Below are positions 29,386 through 37,607 of a stretch of 64,000 nt of DNA, piece after piece; positions within the stretch are counted from its first letter, which is position 1; the number at the start of each line of letters is the position of its first letter. Location of the stretch: the NCBI GenBank assembly GCA_031459915.1, contig JAVKHO010000001.1, forward strand, positions 120,840 through 184,839, in the 5' to 3' direction. The notes beneath the pieces are model-generated. The model was not told the DNA's origin. It worked only from the letters and a program-made list of their open reading frames with translations, and made no database searches. This DNA comes from Candidatus Tepidifontimicrobium thermophilum. Its GTDB lineage: Bacteria; Sysuimicrobiota; Sysuimicrobiia; Sysuimicrobiales; Sysuimicrobiaceae. Both the position numbers and the translations under genes were made by a program.

Positions 29386-29668
29386 TCCGAGCGGCCGTGC
29401 ACCCGCCGTCGACGCCGCGACCGCGGCGGCCCCCGCGTACCGGCTCCGGCTAGGTGCCCCTGCGGCGCCCGGGAGGGTCTGCTTACCGTTGCTTCCTTCC
29501 GGACCTGGCGGGGTTCGCAGGTTCCCGTCGCGCAGGACCCAGCCGTCCTCACCGGGGACCGCGGACCGGACCCGTAGCCGCGCCGCCTCGGGCGGGGGTT
29601 CAGCCCCCCTGTGGCGGATCGGGGGTACAGGGAACCGCCAGCTCCCCGCCTAGCACGGCCGCGCCCCG
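29386..29668 (-). ncRNA. ffs: Signal recognition particle RNA (ffs), long Bacillus-type.
   Basis: The minus strand carries the domain IV signature CAGGUCCGGAAGGAAGCAACGG, a near-exact match to the bacterial consensus GUCCGGAAGGAAGCAGC. A 10-bp terminal helix closes the molecule (GCGGCCGUGC at the 5' end pairing with GCACGGCCGC at the 3' end). An extended -10 element (TGcTATACT) lies just upstream. It sits on the upstream side of dnaX, as in Bacillus. Confidence 0.65.
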
Positions 29669-29726
29669 AGTATAGCACCGCCAGGAGCTGGGAGCCGGGC
29701 CCGCGAAGCAACCGCAGGAGGGTTCG

Positions 29727-30689
29727 GTGCGGAATTCTCAGGCGCGGAATTCTCAGGCGGGTCTGTTCGAACGGGCACCGGCGCGGCCGCTGCGGCTGGG
29801 CCGGGCGGAGGTGTACGTGGGCACGTGCTCGTGGACGCGCGGTTTCGAGACCTTCTACCCTCGGGGCTTCCGCAGTCGCCCGGAGGCGCGCCTGCGGTAC
29901 TACGCCACGGTGTTCCCCACGGTGGAGGTGGACGCCACGTACTACGCCCTGCTCCCCGCGGACACCGCCCGGAAGTACGTGGCGTGGACGCCGCCAGGGT
30001 TTTTGCTAAACGTGAAGGCGTTCGGGTTGTTTACAGGCCAGGGCGCAGAGGTCGCGCGGCTGCCGGAGGTGGTCCGGGCGCTCCTGCCGGGTGCTCTGCG
30101 GACCCGCCGGCGCGTGGTGGACCGCGACCTCCCGGAAGAGGTGGAGACGTTGTGTTGGGAACTGTTCCTGGACTTCTGCCGGCCGCTCCGGGAGGCGGGC
30201 AAGCTCGGCTACCTGCTGTTCCAGTTCCCGCGTTGGGTCACCTACTCGGAGCGGTTCTTCCGCAGGCTGGACTACCTCGTCCGCATGACCGCCGGCTACC
30301 GGCTGGCGGTGGAGTTCCGTCACGGGTCGTGGGTGGAGCCCTCGGTACGGGATCGGGTTTGGAGCGCCCTGCGGGAGCGGGGCATCGTGTACGTGGTGCC
30401 GGACGAGCCGCAGCTGGAGTGGACCGTCCCGCCGGAGGTGGCGGTAACCTCGGACTGGTCGGTGGTGCGCTTCCACGGCCGCAACGCGGAGGCTTGGTCC
30501 GCCCGCGGCGCGGACGTGAAGGAGCGCTTCGACTACCTGTACACCGAGGAGGAGCTGCGTCCCTGGGCACTGCGGGCGCGGCGGCTGGCCGCGGACGTGG
30601 ACCGGCTGTTCCTCATGATGAACAACTGCGAGCGGGGCCAGGCCGCGGTGAACGCACAGATGTTGCTGGACCTGCTGGGGGGAAACTGA
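29727..30689 (+). CDS. DUF72 family protein.
   Basis: DUF72 core (VYVGTCSWTRGFETFYPRG ...). AGGAGG sits 5 nt before GTG 29727. A shorter start at GTG 29811 is also possible. Confidence 0.65.
   Translation: MRNSQARNSQAGLFERAPARPLRLGRAEVYVGTCSWTRGFETFYPRGFRSRPEARLRYYATVFPTVEVDATYYALLPADTARKYVAWTPPGFLLNVKAFGLFTGQGAEVARLPEVVRALLPGALRTRRRVVDRDLPEEVETLCWELFLDFCRPLREAGKLGYLLFQFPRWVTYSERFFRRLDYLVRMTAGYRLAVEFRHGSWVEPSVRDRVWSALRERGIVYVVPDEPQLEWTVPPEVAVTSDWSVVRFHGRNAEAWSARGADVKERFDYLYTEEELRPWALRARRLAADVDRLFLMMNNCERGQAAVNAQMLLDLLGGN
29729..29758 (+). repeat. Tandem direct repeat, two copies of the 15-bp unit GCGGAATTCTCAGGC.
   Basis: Read directly from the sequence. It lies between the ffs promoter region and the body of the DUF72 gene. 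If DUF72 starts at 29727, the repeat encodes a duplicated RNSQA peptide. Confidence 0.6.
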
Positions 30690-30690
30690 G

Positions 30691-31623
30691 TTGACCTTAC
30701 CGACCCTGCAGGACGTCCTGGACGCGCAGCGGCGCATCCAGCCCTGGGTGCTGCGGACCCCCGTGGTGTCCGCCTGGGCGCTGGGCATTTGCCTGAAACT
30801 CGAGTCCCTGCAGGTCACCGGGTCCTTCAAGCCCCGGGGGGCGTTTAACCACATCCTGCGTCACCGCGACAGGTGCGGGCAGGGGGTTGTGACCGCCTCC
30901 TCCGGAAACCACGGCCAGGCCGTGGCCTACGCGGCCCGCTGTCTGGGCCTGCCCGCGGTGGTGGTGGTGCCCGAGGACGTGGTGGCGGTGAAGGAGCGGA
31001 GCATCCGGGCGTGGGGAGCTGAGGTGGTGCGGTGTGGTCACACGACCGCAGACCGCATCGCCGCGGCCATGGAGCTGGCGCAGGCCCGGGGGCTGCACTA
31101 CGTGCCCCCCTTCGACGACCCGGACGTCATCGCCGGACAGGGCACGGTGGGGCTGGAAGTCCTCAACCAGTTCCCCGCGGTGCGAACCGTGGCGGTGCCG
31201 TGCGGCGGTGGCGGGCTGCTTTCAGGCGTGGCCCTGGCGGTGAAGAGCCTGCGGCCGGACGTCCAGGTGGTGGCGGTGGAGCCGGAGGGGGCCGCGTGCT
31301 TTTTCGCGTCGTGGAGCGCGGGAAGACGGGTGCGCCTGGAACGGGTACAGACCGTGGCGGACGGGCTCAGGGCGGTGGAGCCGGGGGAGCTGACCTGGAG
31401 CTGTGCTTCGCAGTACGTGGACCGCTTCGTGACGGTGACCGACGAGGAGATCCAGCGAGCGGTGGTGCGCCTGTTCGAGGAGGGGAAGGTGGTGGCGGAG
31501 CCCTCAGGGGCAGCCGCGGTGGCCTTCTGCCTCCGGGAACCGTCGGAGGGGGCGCTGGCGGTGGTAAGCGGCGGTAACCTGGACCCCGGGTTGCTCATGC
31601 GGTGGGCGAGGGAGGCACCTTGA
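30691..31623 (+). CDS. PLP-dependent threonine/serine dehydratase-like enzyme (catabolic threonine ammonia-lyase or serine racemase type).
   Basis: Lysine motif SLQVTGSFKPRGA and glycine-rich loop SSGNHGQAVAYAA; 310 aa with no regulatory ACT extension. TTG start. Confidence 0.75.
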   Translation: MTLPTLQDVLDAQRRIQPWVLRTPVVSAWALGICLKLESLQVTGSFKPRGAFNHILRHRDRCGQGVVTASSGNHGQAVAYAARCLGLPAVVVVPEDVVAVKERSIRAWGAEVVRCGHTTADRIAAAMELAQARGLHYVPPFDDPDVIAGQGTVGLEVLNQFPAVRTVAVPCGGGGLLSGVALAVKSLRPDVQVVAVEPEGAACFFASWSAGRRVRLERVQTVADGLRAVEPGELTWSCASQYVDRFVTVTDEEIQRAVVRLFEEGKVVAEPSGAAAVAFCLREPSEGALAVVSGGNLDPGLLMRWAREAP

Positions 31624-31677
31624 CATGCGAATACGCGTTCGACATAATGGGCGCAGGAAGACGGTCGAGGTGCGGAG

Positions 31678-31836
31678 TTGGTCGCGCGTGCGTATGTGGT
31701 CGAGGGAATCCGGAGGAAGGGCGACACTGGGAAGCTTTGGCGGGCCTTGGAGGACGACCGTCGGTTTGTGCGCCTGAAGCTCGCCCTGGTGGCGGTCCTG
31801 TACCTGTGTGCGGGGGCGGTGCTGCGTGGCGGCTAA
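31678..31836 (+). CDS. Possible small tail-anchored membrane protein of 46 to 52 aa (unannotated small ORF).
   Basis: This frame has high third-position GC, unlike the overlapping MRIRV... frame. It has a charged N-terminus and a C-terminal hydrophobic helix (LKLALVAVLYLCAGAVL). Start is TTG 31678 or GTG 31696. It overlaps the start of the next gene. Confidence 0.25.
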   Translation: MVARAYVVEGIRRKGDTGKLWRALEDDRRFVRLKLALVAVLYLCAGAVLRGG

Positions 31837-32248
31837 GTGGTCGTACGTGGTTGTCGGGGCGTTCCCCCACTCCCGGGGCAGTCGCTACGGGGTCGCGGTG
31901 GTGGCCTCAGACGGTGCCACCGTCCGCAGCTGGGGCGGCTGGCAAACGGAGGGGGGCGCACCGGCTGCTGCGATCCGTGCCGTCCTGGAGGGGCTGTGGG
32001 TGGCCCGCTCGTTCGGCCGCAGGGTACGGGTGTGCGTTCACCCGCCGGAGGTGGCTTCCTGGCTGGGTCGGCGCGCGCCGGTCCCCGACCGCCACGTCCG
32101 GTATTTCGTGCAGGTGAGGGCCCTTAGCCACACTTACAGGCAGGTGGAGTTCCTCCCCGCGAGTCCTGCGGAGGTTGAGCTGGCCCGCCAGGCCGCCGGA
32201 CAAGGTGGCCCAGTCCCATCGGACGGTCTGGAGCTGGTCGGCCGCTGA
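31826..32248 (+). CDS. RNase-H-like fold protein, apparently degenerate.
   Basis: RNase HI-like spacing (VVVGAF ... VASDGATVRSWGGW ... AAIRAVLEGL) but with the first catalytic Asp replaced. High third-position GC. Start is ambiguous among GTG 31808, 31826 and 31847. Confidence 0.4.
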   Translation: MAAKWSYVVVGAFPHSRGSRYGVAVVASDGATVRSWGGWQTEGGAPAAAIRAVLEGLWVARSFGRRVRVCVHPPEVASWLGRRAPVPDRHVRYFVQVRALSHTYRQVEFLPASPAEVELARQAAGQGGPVPSDGLELVGR

Positions 32249-32583
32249 GGCTCTGAACCGTGGTAAGCACCAGCCCCAGGTCGCCAGCTCGGCGGTCCGG
32301 CATGCCATGCGCTGAGCTGGCAGGTGACACCTGGTCACAGGTCGCCTGGTGCATCGGTAGGCGCGCCACGGAGGCTAAAGCCACCGGGGTCCGGCCGATC
32401 GGGCGCGCCCAGAACTTCAGCACCCCCGACCACGTCGGGGATCGGTACCTCCGCACAGCCTCCTGGCCGCTTGGTCAGGTGGAACGCCTCCACGGTTTCG
32501 GCCGTATCATGCAGGGGATGAGCGTCTGACTTCCGGGTGCTTCCGGGCCCCTCGGAGGGTGAAATCTTTCGTGGGATGGGTTG

Positions 32584-32660
32584 TGGCGCGCCCGGAGGGA
32601 CTCGAACCCCCAACCTTCTGATCCGTAGTCAGATGCTCTGTCCAGTTGAGCTACGGGCGC
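32584..32660 (-). tRNA. tRNA-Arg (anticodon ACG) with encoded CCA.
   Basis: Cloverleaf folded by hand: acceptor stem GCGCCCG/CGGGCGC, D-stem GCUC/GAGC, anticodon stem UCUGA/UCAGA with loop CUACGGA, T-loop UUCGAGU, discriminator G, then CCA. Confidence 0.9.
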
Positions 32661-32668
32661 GGGACCGG

Positions 32669-33145
32669 GTGAATTCTAGCAGAGCCCTTCCTCTGGTGTC
32701 CACGGCGCTGGCGGTGCTGCTGGCCGCGGGTACGGCGCGTGCCGCGCCGCGTCCGGGGAACCTCATCCTCCCGGGTCGGGCGGTGGGCCCGGTGGTTCTG
32801 GGGATGACCGCGCAGCAGGTGGTGCGGCAGCTCGGATCTCCCGCGGGCGCTGCCCGCGCTCAGGCAGGAGCTAAGCTGTCCTGGCCCGGTCGGGGGCTGA
32901 CCGTGCGGCTGGACCAGGACGGACGGGTGGACGCGGTGTTCGTGGACAGCCCGGAGTACCGGACCGCGGAAGGTGTGGGTGTGGGGAGTACGCGGGAGGA
33001 GGTCCTGGCGGCCTTCGGCCCCACCTCCCACGCCCAGGAGGACCGTACTGTCCTCATCCTGGCTTACCCTGCCCTGGGCATCTCCTTCGCCATCCCCAAG
33101 GACCGGCAGCGGGTGGAGCTCGTCATGGTGTACCGCCCCCGCTGA
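32669..33145 (+). CDS. Secreted hypothetical protein with a signal peptide.
   Basis: GTG start just after the tRNA, followed by a signal peptide (LVSTALAVLLAAGTARAAP). The six-frame ORF 32537.. was trimmed because it overlaps the tRNA. Confidence 0.5.
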   Translation: MNSSRALPLVSTALAVLLAAGTARAAPRPGNLILPGRAVGPVVLGMTAQQVVRQLGSPAGAARAQAGAKLSWPGRGLTVRLDQDGRVDAVFVDSPEYRTAEGVGVGSTREEVLAAFGPTSHAQEDRTVLILAYPALGISFAIPKDRQRVELVMVYRPR

Positions 33146-33181
33146 CCGCGGGGTCTCCGGGGCAAACGCCCTGGGGCTAGT

Positions 33182-34288
33182 TCAGGAGGTCGCTCCGAGG
33201 ATCGCCACCTCCCTGGGCAGGTGGCTCAGCACCTCCGGCCCCGAAGGGCCCAGGACCACCGCCTCTTCCAGCCGGATGCCGAACTCGCCGGGCAGGTAGA
33301 CCCCTGGCTCCACGGTGAAGGCCATCCCCACTTCGAGGACTTCGGGGTTGTCGGTGTGGAGGGACGGCGGCTCGTGTACCGAAAGCCCCAGCCCGTGGCC
33401 GGTCCGGTGCACGAACTGGGCGCCGTAGCCCCCAGCTTCGATGACTTGCCGGGCCGCTCGGTCCACCTCGGAAGCCGGTACACCCGGCCGCACGGCCGCC
33501 AGCGCCGCCCGCAGCGCCCGGTCCACTACCTCCCACACCTCCAAGAACCGCCGGGTGGGCTCTCCCAAGAACCCCATCCGGGTCACGTCGGAGCAGTAGC
33601 CGTCCACCCTCGCGCCCAGGTCCACCAGGACCGGCTCTCCAGGCTGGAGCCGCCTGCCTCCGGGCGTGTGGTGCGGCAGGGCGGTGTTCGGACCGGAGGC
33701 CACCAGCACGAACGGTACCTGTTCGGCGCCGGAGGCCGCCATGGCGGCCCGGGCGGCTTCCGCGACCTCCACCTCCGAAGCTCCCACCCGGCACGCACGC
33801 AGGGCCGCCTGTACCCCTTCGTCCGCAACCCGAGCGGCCCGGCGCAGGGCCTCCACCTCGGAAGGGTCCTTGCGTGCCCGGAGGGGTGCCAGGAGGGTGG
33901 AGGCCGCACGCCACCGGGAGTGCGGCAGGTGTTTCTGGAGCAGCAGCAGGTGGTCGGCCCGGAGGTCGTCCGAAACGGCCACGCACTCCCGCGGTCCTCC
34001 CAGGAAGGCGAGAGCGTCCAGTAGGGCCGAGGCGGGGTCATCCGCGTCGCCGTAGGCGAACACAGGTGCGCCTACGGTCTGCCGGAGCGCTTCCAGGTTG
34101 AGCCGGGGAGTGACCACCGCGTGGCGGTCTGCGGTTACCAGCAGCAGGCACAGCCGTTCGTCCGCTAGCGGCGACCAGCCGCACAGGTAGCGGAAGTCGT
34201 CCCCCGGTCCCAGGGCCACCAGGCCGCAGCCTGCGCCGGCCATCCGACCCCGGAGGCGCTCAAGGCGTGCGGGCTGCAGGCTCGGCAC
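33182..34288 (-). CDS. M24 family Xaa-Pro aminopeptidase/dipeptidase (second copy).
   Basis: M24 signature HRTGHGLGLSVHEPP plus the creatinase-like N-terminal domain. Confidence 0.8.
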   Translation of the reverse strand: MPSLQPARLERLRGRMAGAGCGLVALGPGDDFRYLCGWSPLADERLCLLLVTADRHAVVTPRLNLEALRQTVGAPVFAYGDADDPASALLDALAFLGGPRECVAVSDDLRADHLLLLQKHLPHSRWRAASTLLAPLRARKDPSEVEALRRAARVADEGVQAALRACRVGASEVEVAEAARAAMAASGAEQVPFVLVASGPNTALPHHTPGGRRLQPGEPVLVDLGARVDGYCSDVTRMGFLGEPTRRFLEVWEVVDRALRAALAAVRPGVPASEVDRAARQVIEAGGYGAQFVHRTGHGLGLSVHEPPSLHTDNPEVLEVGMAFTVEPGVYLPGEFGIRLEEAVVLGPSGPEVLSHLPREVAILGATS

Positions 34289-35104
34289 CTACCACCACGA
34301 GAACTTCTTGCGGACCTCCCGGGCGGTCTCCGGCGCGATGTCCACGGGCAGCAGGTTCTCGTACTCGCCCATCCGCGTGACCAGGCGGGCACCGTTGGGT
34401 GCCCACTTGCCCTGGAACTTCCCCAGCTCCGGCACGTACGCGATGCTGCCGCCCTGCATCATGATGCCGCCGTAGAACTCCCCGTACTGGCCCACGGCCA
34501 GGACCGGCATCAGCAGCTCCATGGTCCGCGCCCGGACCGCGGACTGCATGGTCTCCAGCATGTAGGGCATGTCGGACGACGCCACCATCTGGACCACGAG
34601 GATCTCTGCCCCCGCGTTGGCCAGCTTCCGGGCGATCTCCGGGACCAACAGTTCGTAGCCGCCCAGGATCCCCACCTTCACCCCGTGGATGGTGGTGGGC
34701 CGGTTGGGCCCCGGGTCGTACAGGCCGCGCTCGGTGGGGTAGAAGACCTGCTTGTAGTGCTTGCTGATGATCTTGCCGTTGGGCGCGATGACGAACGAGC
34801 AGATGCGGGGTTTGGGAGCTTTCCGGGACCCCTTGGGCTTCGGCACCAGTTCCCGGGTGGCCCCGCAGATCACGTACACGTTCGCTTCCCGGGCCGCCTG
34901 GCTCAGACGGTCGGTGATGGGGCAGGGGATGGGCATGGGTTTGACGTTGCCCAGGAAGTACTCGGAGAAGGCCACCACCGCGGCACCCTCCCGCCCTGCT
35001 CGGCGGATGAACTCCACCGCCTTCTCGAGGTTGTCGGTGGTCCCCTCCTCCCAGGACCGGCTCTCGCCCCACCGGTAGCGGATCTGCGCGAGTCCGAATC
35101 GCAC
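34289..35104 (-). CDS. Carbon-nitrogen hydrolase (nitrilase superfamily).
   Basis: The catalytic Glu, Lys and Cys residues appear in the expected context (AFSEYF ... KHYKQ ... ICSFVI-type). GTG start after GGGAGGTGAGG. The long ORF 34289..35755 was trimmed. Confidence 0.7.
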   Translation of the reverse strand: MRFGLAQIRYRWGESRSWEEGTTDNLEKAVEFIRRAGREGAAVVAFSEYFLGNVKPMPIPCPITDRLSQAAREANVYVICGATRELVPKPKGSRKAPKPRICSFVIAPNGKIISKHYKQVFYPTERGLYDPGPNRPTTIHGVKVGILGGYELLVPEIARKLANAGAEILVVQMVASSDMPYMLETMQSAVRARTMELLMPVLAVGQYGEFYGGIMMQGGSIAYVPELGKFQGKWAPNGARLVTRMGEYENLLPVDIAPETAREVRKKFSWW

Positions 35105-35254
35105 CGCCTCACCTCCCGGGTCGAACAGCGGTAGGCCACAAACGCGTGCGTCCGACCGCGTGTTCTGCTCGATTTTATTACGCGCTGTGGCGGGCCCTTC
35201 TCCTGCACCGCCCCGCAGGGACCGGGGGACGGCGGTCGAACTCTCCTCACGTCC

Positions 35255-36046
35255 ATGCCTGTACGGACGGCTGCTCCCCAGGAGTCGGAAGCGAGGCGGC
35301 GACGCCGGGTCCAGGGGATCCTGAAAGCCCTCAAGGCTCGCTACCCGGACCCCCAGATCCCGCTGGCGCACCGGTCTGCCTTCGAACTTTTGGTCGCCAC
35401 CATCCTTTCGGCTCAGTGCACCGACGAGACCGTCAACCGCGTGACTCCCGAGCTGTTCCGCCGGTTCCCAGGTCCGCAGGCCCTCGCCCAAGCGGAGCTG
35501 GCGGCCGTGGAGGAGCTCATCCGGCCCACCGGGTTCTTTCGACAGAAGGCCCGGGCCATCGTGGAGTGCAGCCGCAGGCTGGTTGCCGAGCACGGAGGGG
35601 AGGTCCCCCCGGACATGGAGGCCCTGGTACGGCTCCCGGGGGTAGGCCGCAAGACCGCCAACGTGCTGTTCGCAGCCGCCGAGATCGAGCGCTGGCCTGG
35701 GTGGCCCCACACCCGGAGCCGTCCCGACGGAACCGGGATCGTGGTGGACACCCACGTGACCCGGTTGAGCCGGCGGCTCGGCCTGACTGCGGAGGTGGAC
35801 CCGGAGGCCATCGAGCGGGACCTGGTGCGGCTGGTCCCCCCGGACGAGTGGTCCCGTTTTTCCCTGCGGCTCATCTACTTCGGCCGTGAGGTCTGCACGG
35901 CCCGGGATCCCCGCTGCCCCGCCTGCCCCCTGCGGCAGCTGTGTCCGTCCGCGCCCTACGGAGGCTTCCCGCCCTGGATGGCGTCCCCTGCCAGGGGCGC
36001 TGCGCGACGGGGCCGCAGGGGCCGGCAGGCGGCCTACGGCCCGTGA
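35255..36046 (+). CDS. nth: Endonuclease III (DNA glycosylase/AP lyase).
   Basis: Helix-hairpin-helix GPD motif (LPGVGRKTANVLF, VDTHV) and the C-terminal 4Fe-4S cluster cysteines. Confidence 0.85.
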   Translation: MPVRTAAPQESEARRRRRVQGILKALKARYPDPQIPLAHRSAFELLVATILSAQCTDETVNRVTPELFRRFPGPQALAQAELAAVEELIRPTGFFRQKARAIVECSRRLVAEHGGEVPPDMEALVRLPGVGRKTANVLFAAAEIERWPGWPHTRSRPDGTGIVVDTHVTRLSRRLGLTAEVDPEAIERDLVRLVPPDEWSRFSLRLIYFGREVCTARDPRCPACPLRQLCPSAPYGGFPPWMASPARGAARRGRRGRQAAYGP

Positions 36047-36078
36047 CCGTAGAATCGACCGGGCTTTCTTCGGCGGAG

Positions 36079-36684
36079 GTGAGGGAGTTGCGCGACCCGA
36101 GGAGGGAGCGGACCCTGGTGTTGGTCAAACCAGACGGGGTCCAGCGGGGCTTGGTGGGGGAGATCCTGGCGCGGTTCGAGCGGGCCGGGCTGAAACTGGT
36201 GGCCCTGAAGATGGTGCGGGCGCCTCGGGAGCTTCTGGAGCGCCACTACCCCGCGGACGAAACGTTCCTCCGCACCATCGGAGGCAAGACCAAGGAGGCC
36301 TTCGAGGCGTACGGGCTGGACGTCCGGGAGAGGATGGGCACCGAGGACCCCGTGGAGGTGGGCCGCCGGGTGCGGGAGTGGCTTGTGGACTTCATGGCGT
36401 CCGGCCCCGTGGTGGCGGCGGTGGTGGAGGGTGTCCACGCGGTGAGTGCGGTTCGGAAGCTGGTGGGGCAGACCCTGCCCGTGTTCGCAGACCCGGGCAC
36501 CATCCGAGGAGACTGGAGCACCGACTCGCCCACCCTCGCGAACCTCGAGCAGCGGCCGGTACGTAACCTGGTCCACGCGTCGGGGACCCTGGAAGAGGCG
36601 GAGTACGAGGTCCGGCTCTGGTTCCGGGAGGACGAGATCCACGCCTACCGCAGGGCTGACGAGGCTGCCCTGTTTGGTAGCTGA
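36079..36684 (+). CDS. ndk: Nucleoside diphosphate kinase, a long form carrying internal insertions.
   Basis: Ndk signatures (LVLVKPDGVQRGLVGEI ... SGPVVAAVVEG ... ADPGTIRGD ... NLVHASG), plus insertions of about 45 and 18 aa relative to the canonical length of about 140 aa. Confidence 0.75.
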   Translation: MRELRDPRRERTLVLVKPDGVQRGLVGEILARFERAGLKLVALKMVRAPRELLERHYPADETFLRTIGGKTKEAFEAYGLDVRERMGTEDPVEVGRRVREWLVDFMASGPVVAAVVEGVHAVSAVRKLVGQTLPVFADPGTIRGDWSTDSPTLANLEQRPVRNLVHASGTLEEAEYEVRLWFREDEIHAYRRADEAALFGS

Positions 36685-36710
36685 ACAGGCCCGACGCCGG
36701 AGGCCGTAGC

Positions 36711-37541
36711 CTACCCAGGCCGCTCCAGGCCGGGAATGCGGGCGAGGATCCACGCCCCGGCCTGGACCAGCCACCCCGGCTCGAGTCCGCCGGCGAGGTC
36801 CTCTGGCGCCACAAGGTCCACCACGACGCCTCCCACGTCTACCTGTAGGCTGACGAAGCGCCGGTGGGTCAGCGGGTTGGTGCGGCGCTCCACGCGCTCT
36901 ACGGTGCCCGCGATCCACGCGGTGGCCTCGGGTCTGTCCCGGTCGGCACCCTCGTCCAGGCTGGTGTGCCACGTGCTTGCGAAGGTGCGGGGAGGCAGGC
37001 GGAACCCCGTGGCGTGCTGGCTCTCGCCCCAGTCCAGGATGTCCCGGAAGCCCACGACCGCGTCCGCGAAGCACACCAGCTCCAGGTCCACGAAGGCCGG
37101 CAGGGGAGCTAGGTGTTGCACCACGCACAGGAAGTCCACGAGGTCGCAAACCAGGGGGAACCGGCCGCTGTACGGCTCTGCGGGGTCCGTGGGGTCCAGC
37201 CACACCTCCCCCCACCCTTCCTCGGGGTTTTGAGGGTCATGGCCGACAGCGACGACCGCAGCCCGGTGACGGACGCCGGTCTCAAAAAAGGGGAGCAGCC
37301 CCAGGGGCTGCCCGGCGGGCCCCAGCTCCGCCCAGAGCTCCACCCCGTCCCCCACCTGCCACCGCCGCAGGCCGAATCCCGGCTCCGTGGCGAGAGGCTG
37401 GCCCAGCCGCGCCGCTTGCTCGGCGAGGGCCTCGAGGTCCGAGCCTCGCTGGAGCTGGAACCCCACGCAGTCGAAGTACGTCACCGTCAAAAGACAGAAG
37501 ACCGCCCTCCGGGCGGCCTCCTGCGTCGGTCGCCTGGACAC
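36711..37541 (-). CDS. Hypothetical protein with no recognisable domain.
   Basis: The 276-aa ORF has high third-position GC. Start is uncertain. Confidence 0.4.
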   Translation of the reverse strand: MSRRPTQEAARRAVFCLLTVTYFDCVGFQLQRGSDLEALAEQAARLGQPLATEPGFGLRRWQVGDGVELWAELGPAGQPLGLLPFFETGVRHRAAVVAVGHDPQNPEEGWGEVWLDPTDPAEPYSGRFPLVCDLVDFLCVVQHLAPLPAFVDLELVCFADAVVGFRDILDWGESQHATGFRLPPRTFASTWHTSLDEGADRDRPEATAWIAGTVERVERRTNPLTHRRFVSLQVDVGGVVVDLVAPEDLAGGLEPGWLVQAGAWILARIPGLERPG

Positions 37542-37607
37542 CGGTCCGGGCGTGCCGCCTAGACCACGGACCTGTCCGGGCGGGTCACGCCTGTGCCGGA
37601 AAAGGCC

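Noticed and set aside
31625-31777. ORF of 50 aa starting MRIRVRHNGRRKTVEV, a superficially ThiS/MoaD-like start.
   Set aside because: Its third-position GC is much lower than the genomic norm, and the +2 frame over the same DNA has coding-like third-position GC. There is no Gly-Gly C-terminus.
32249-32583. Possible integrated-element remnant or attachment site at the tRNA-Arg 3' end.
   Set aside because: I found no integrase or recombinase and no duplicated tRNA 3' segment. Only a short GGCGCGCC match is present, which is uninformative at 70% GC. It is kept only as a low-confidence note within the tRNA-Arg finding.
32537-32668. N-terminal part of ORF 32537..33145.
   Set aside because: It overlaps tRNA-Arg. 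The signal-peptide-bearing protein starts at GTG 32669.
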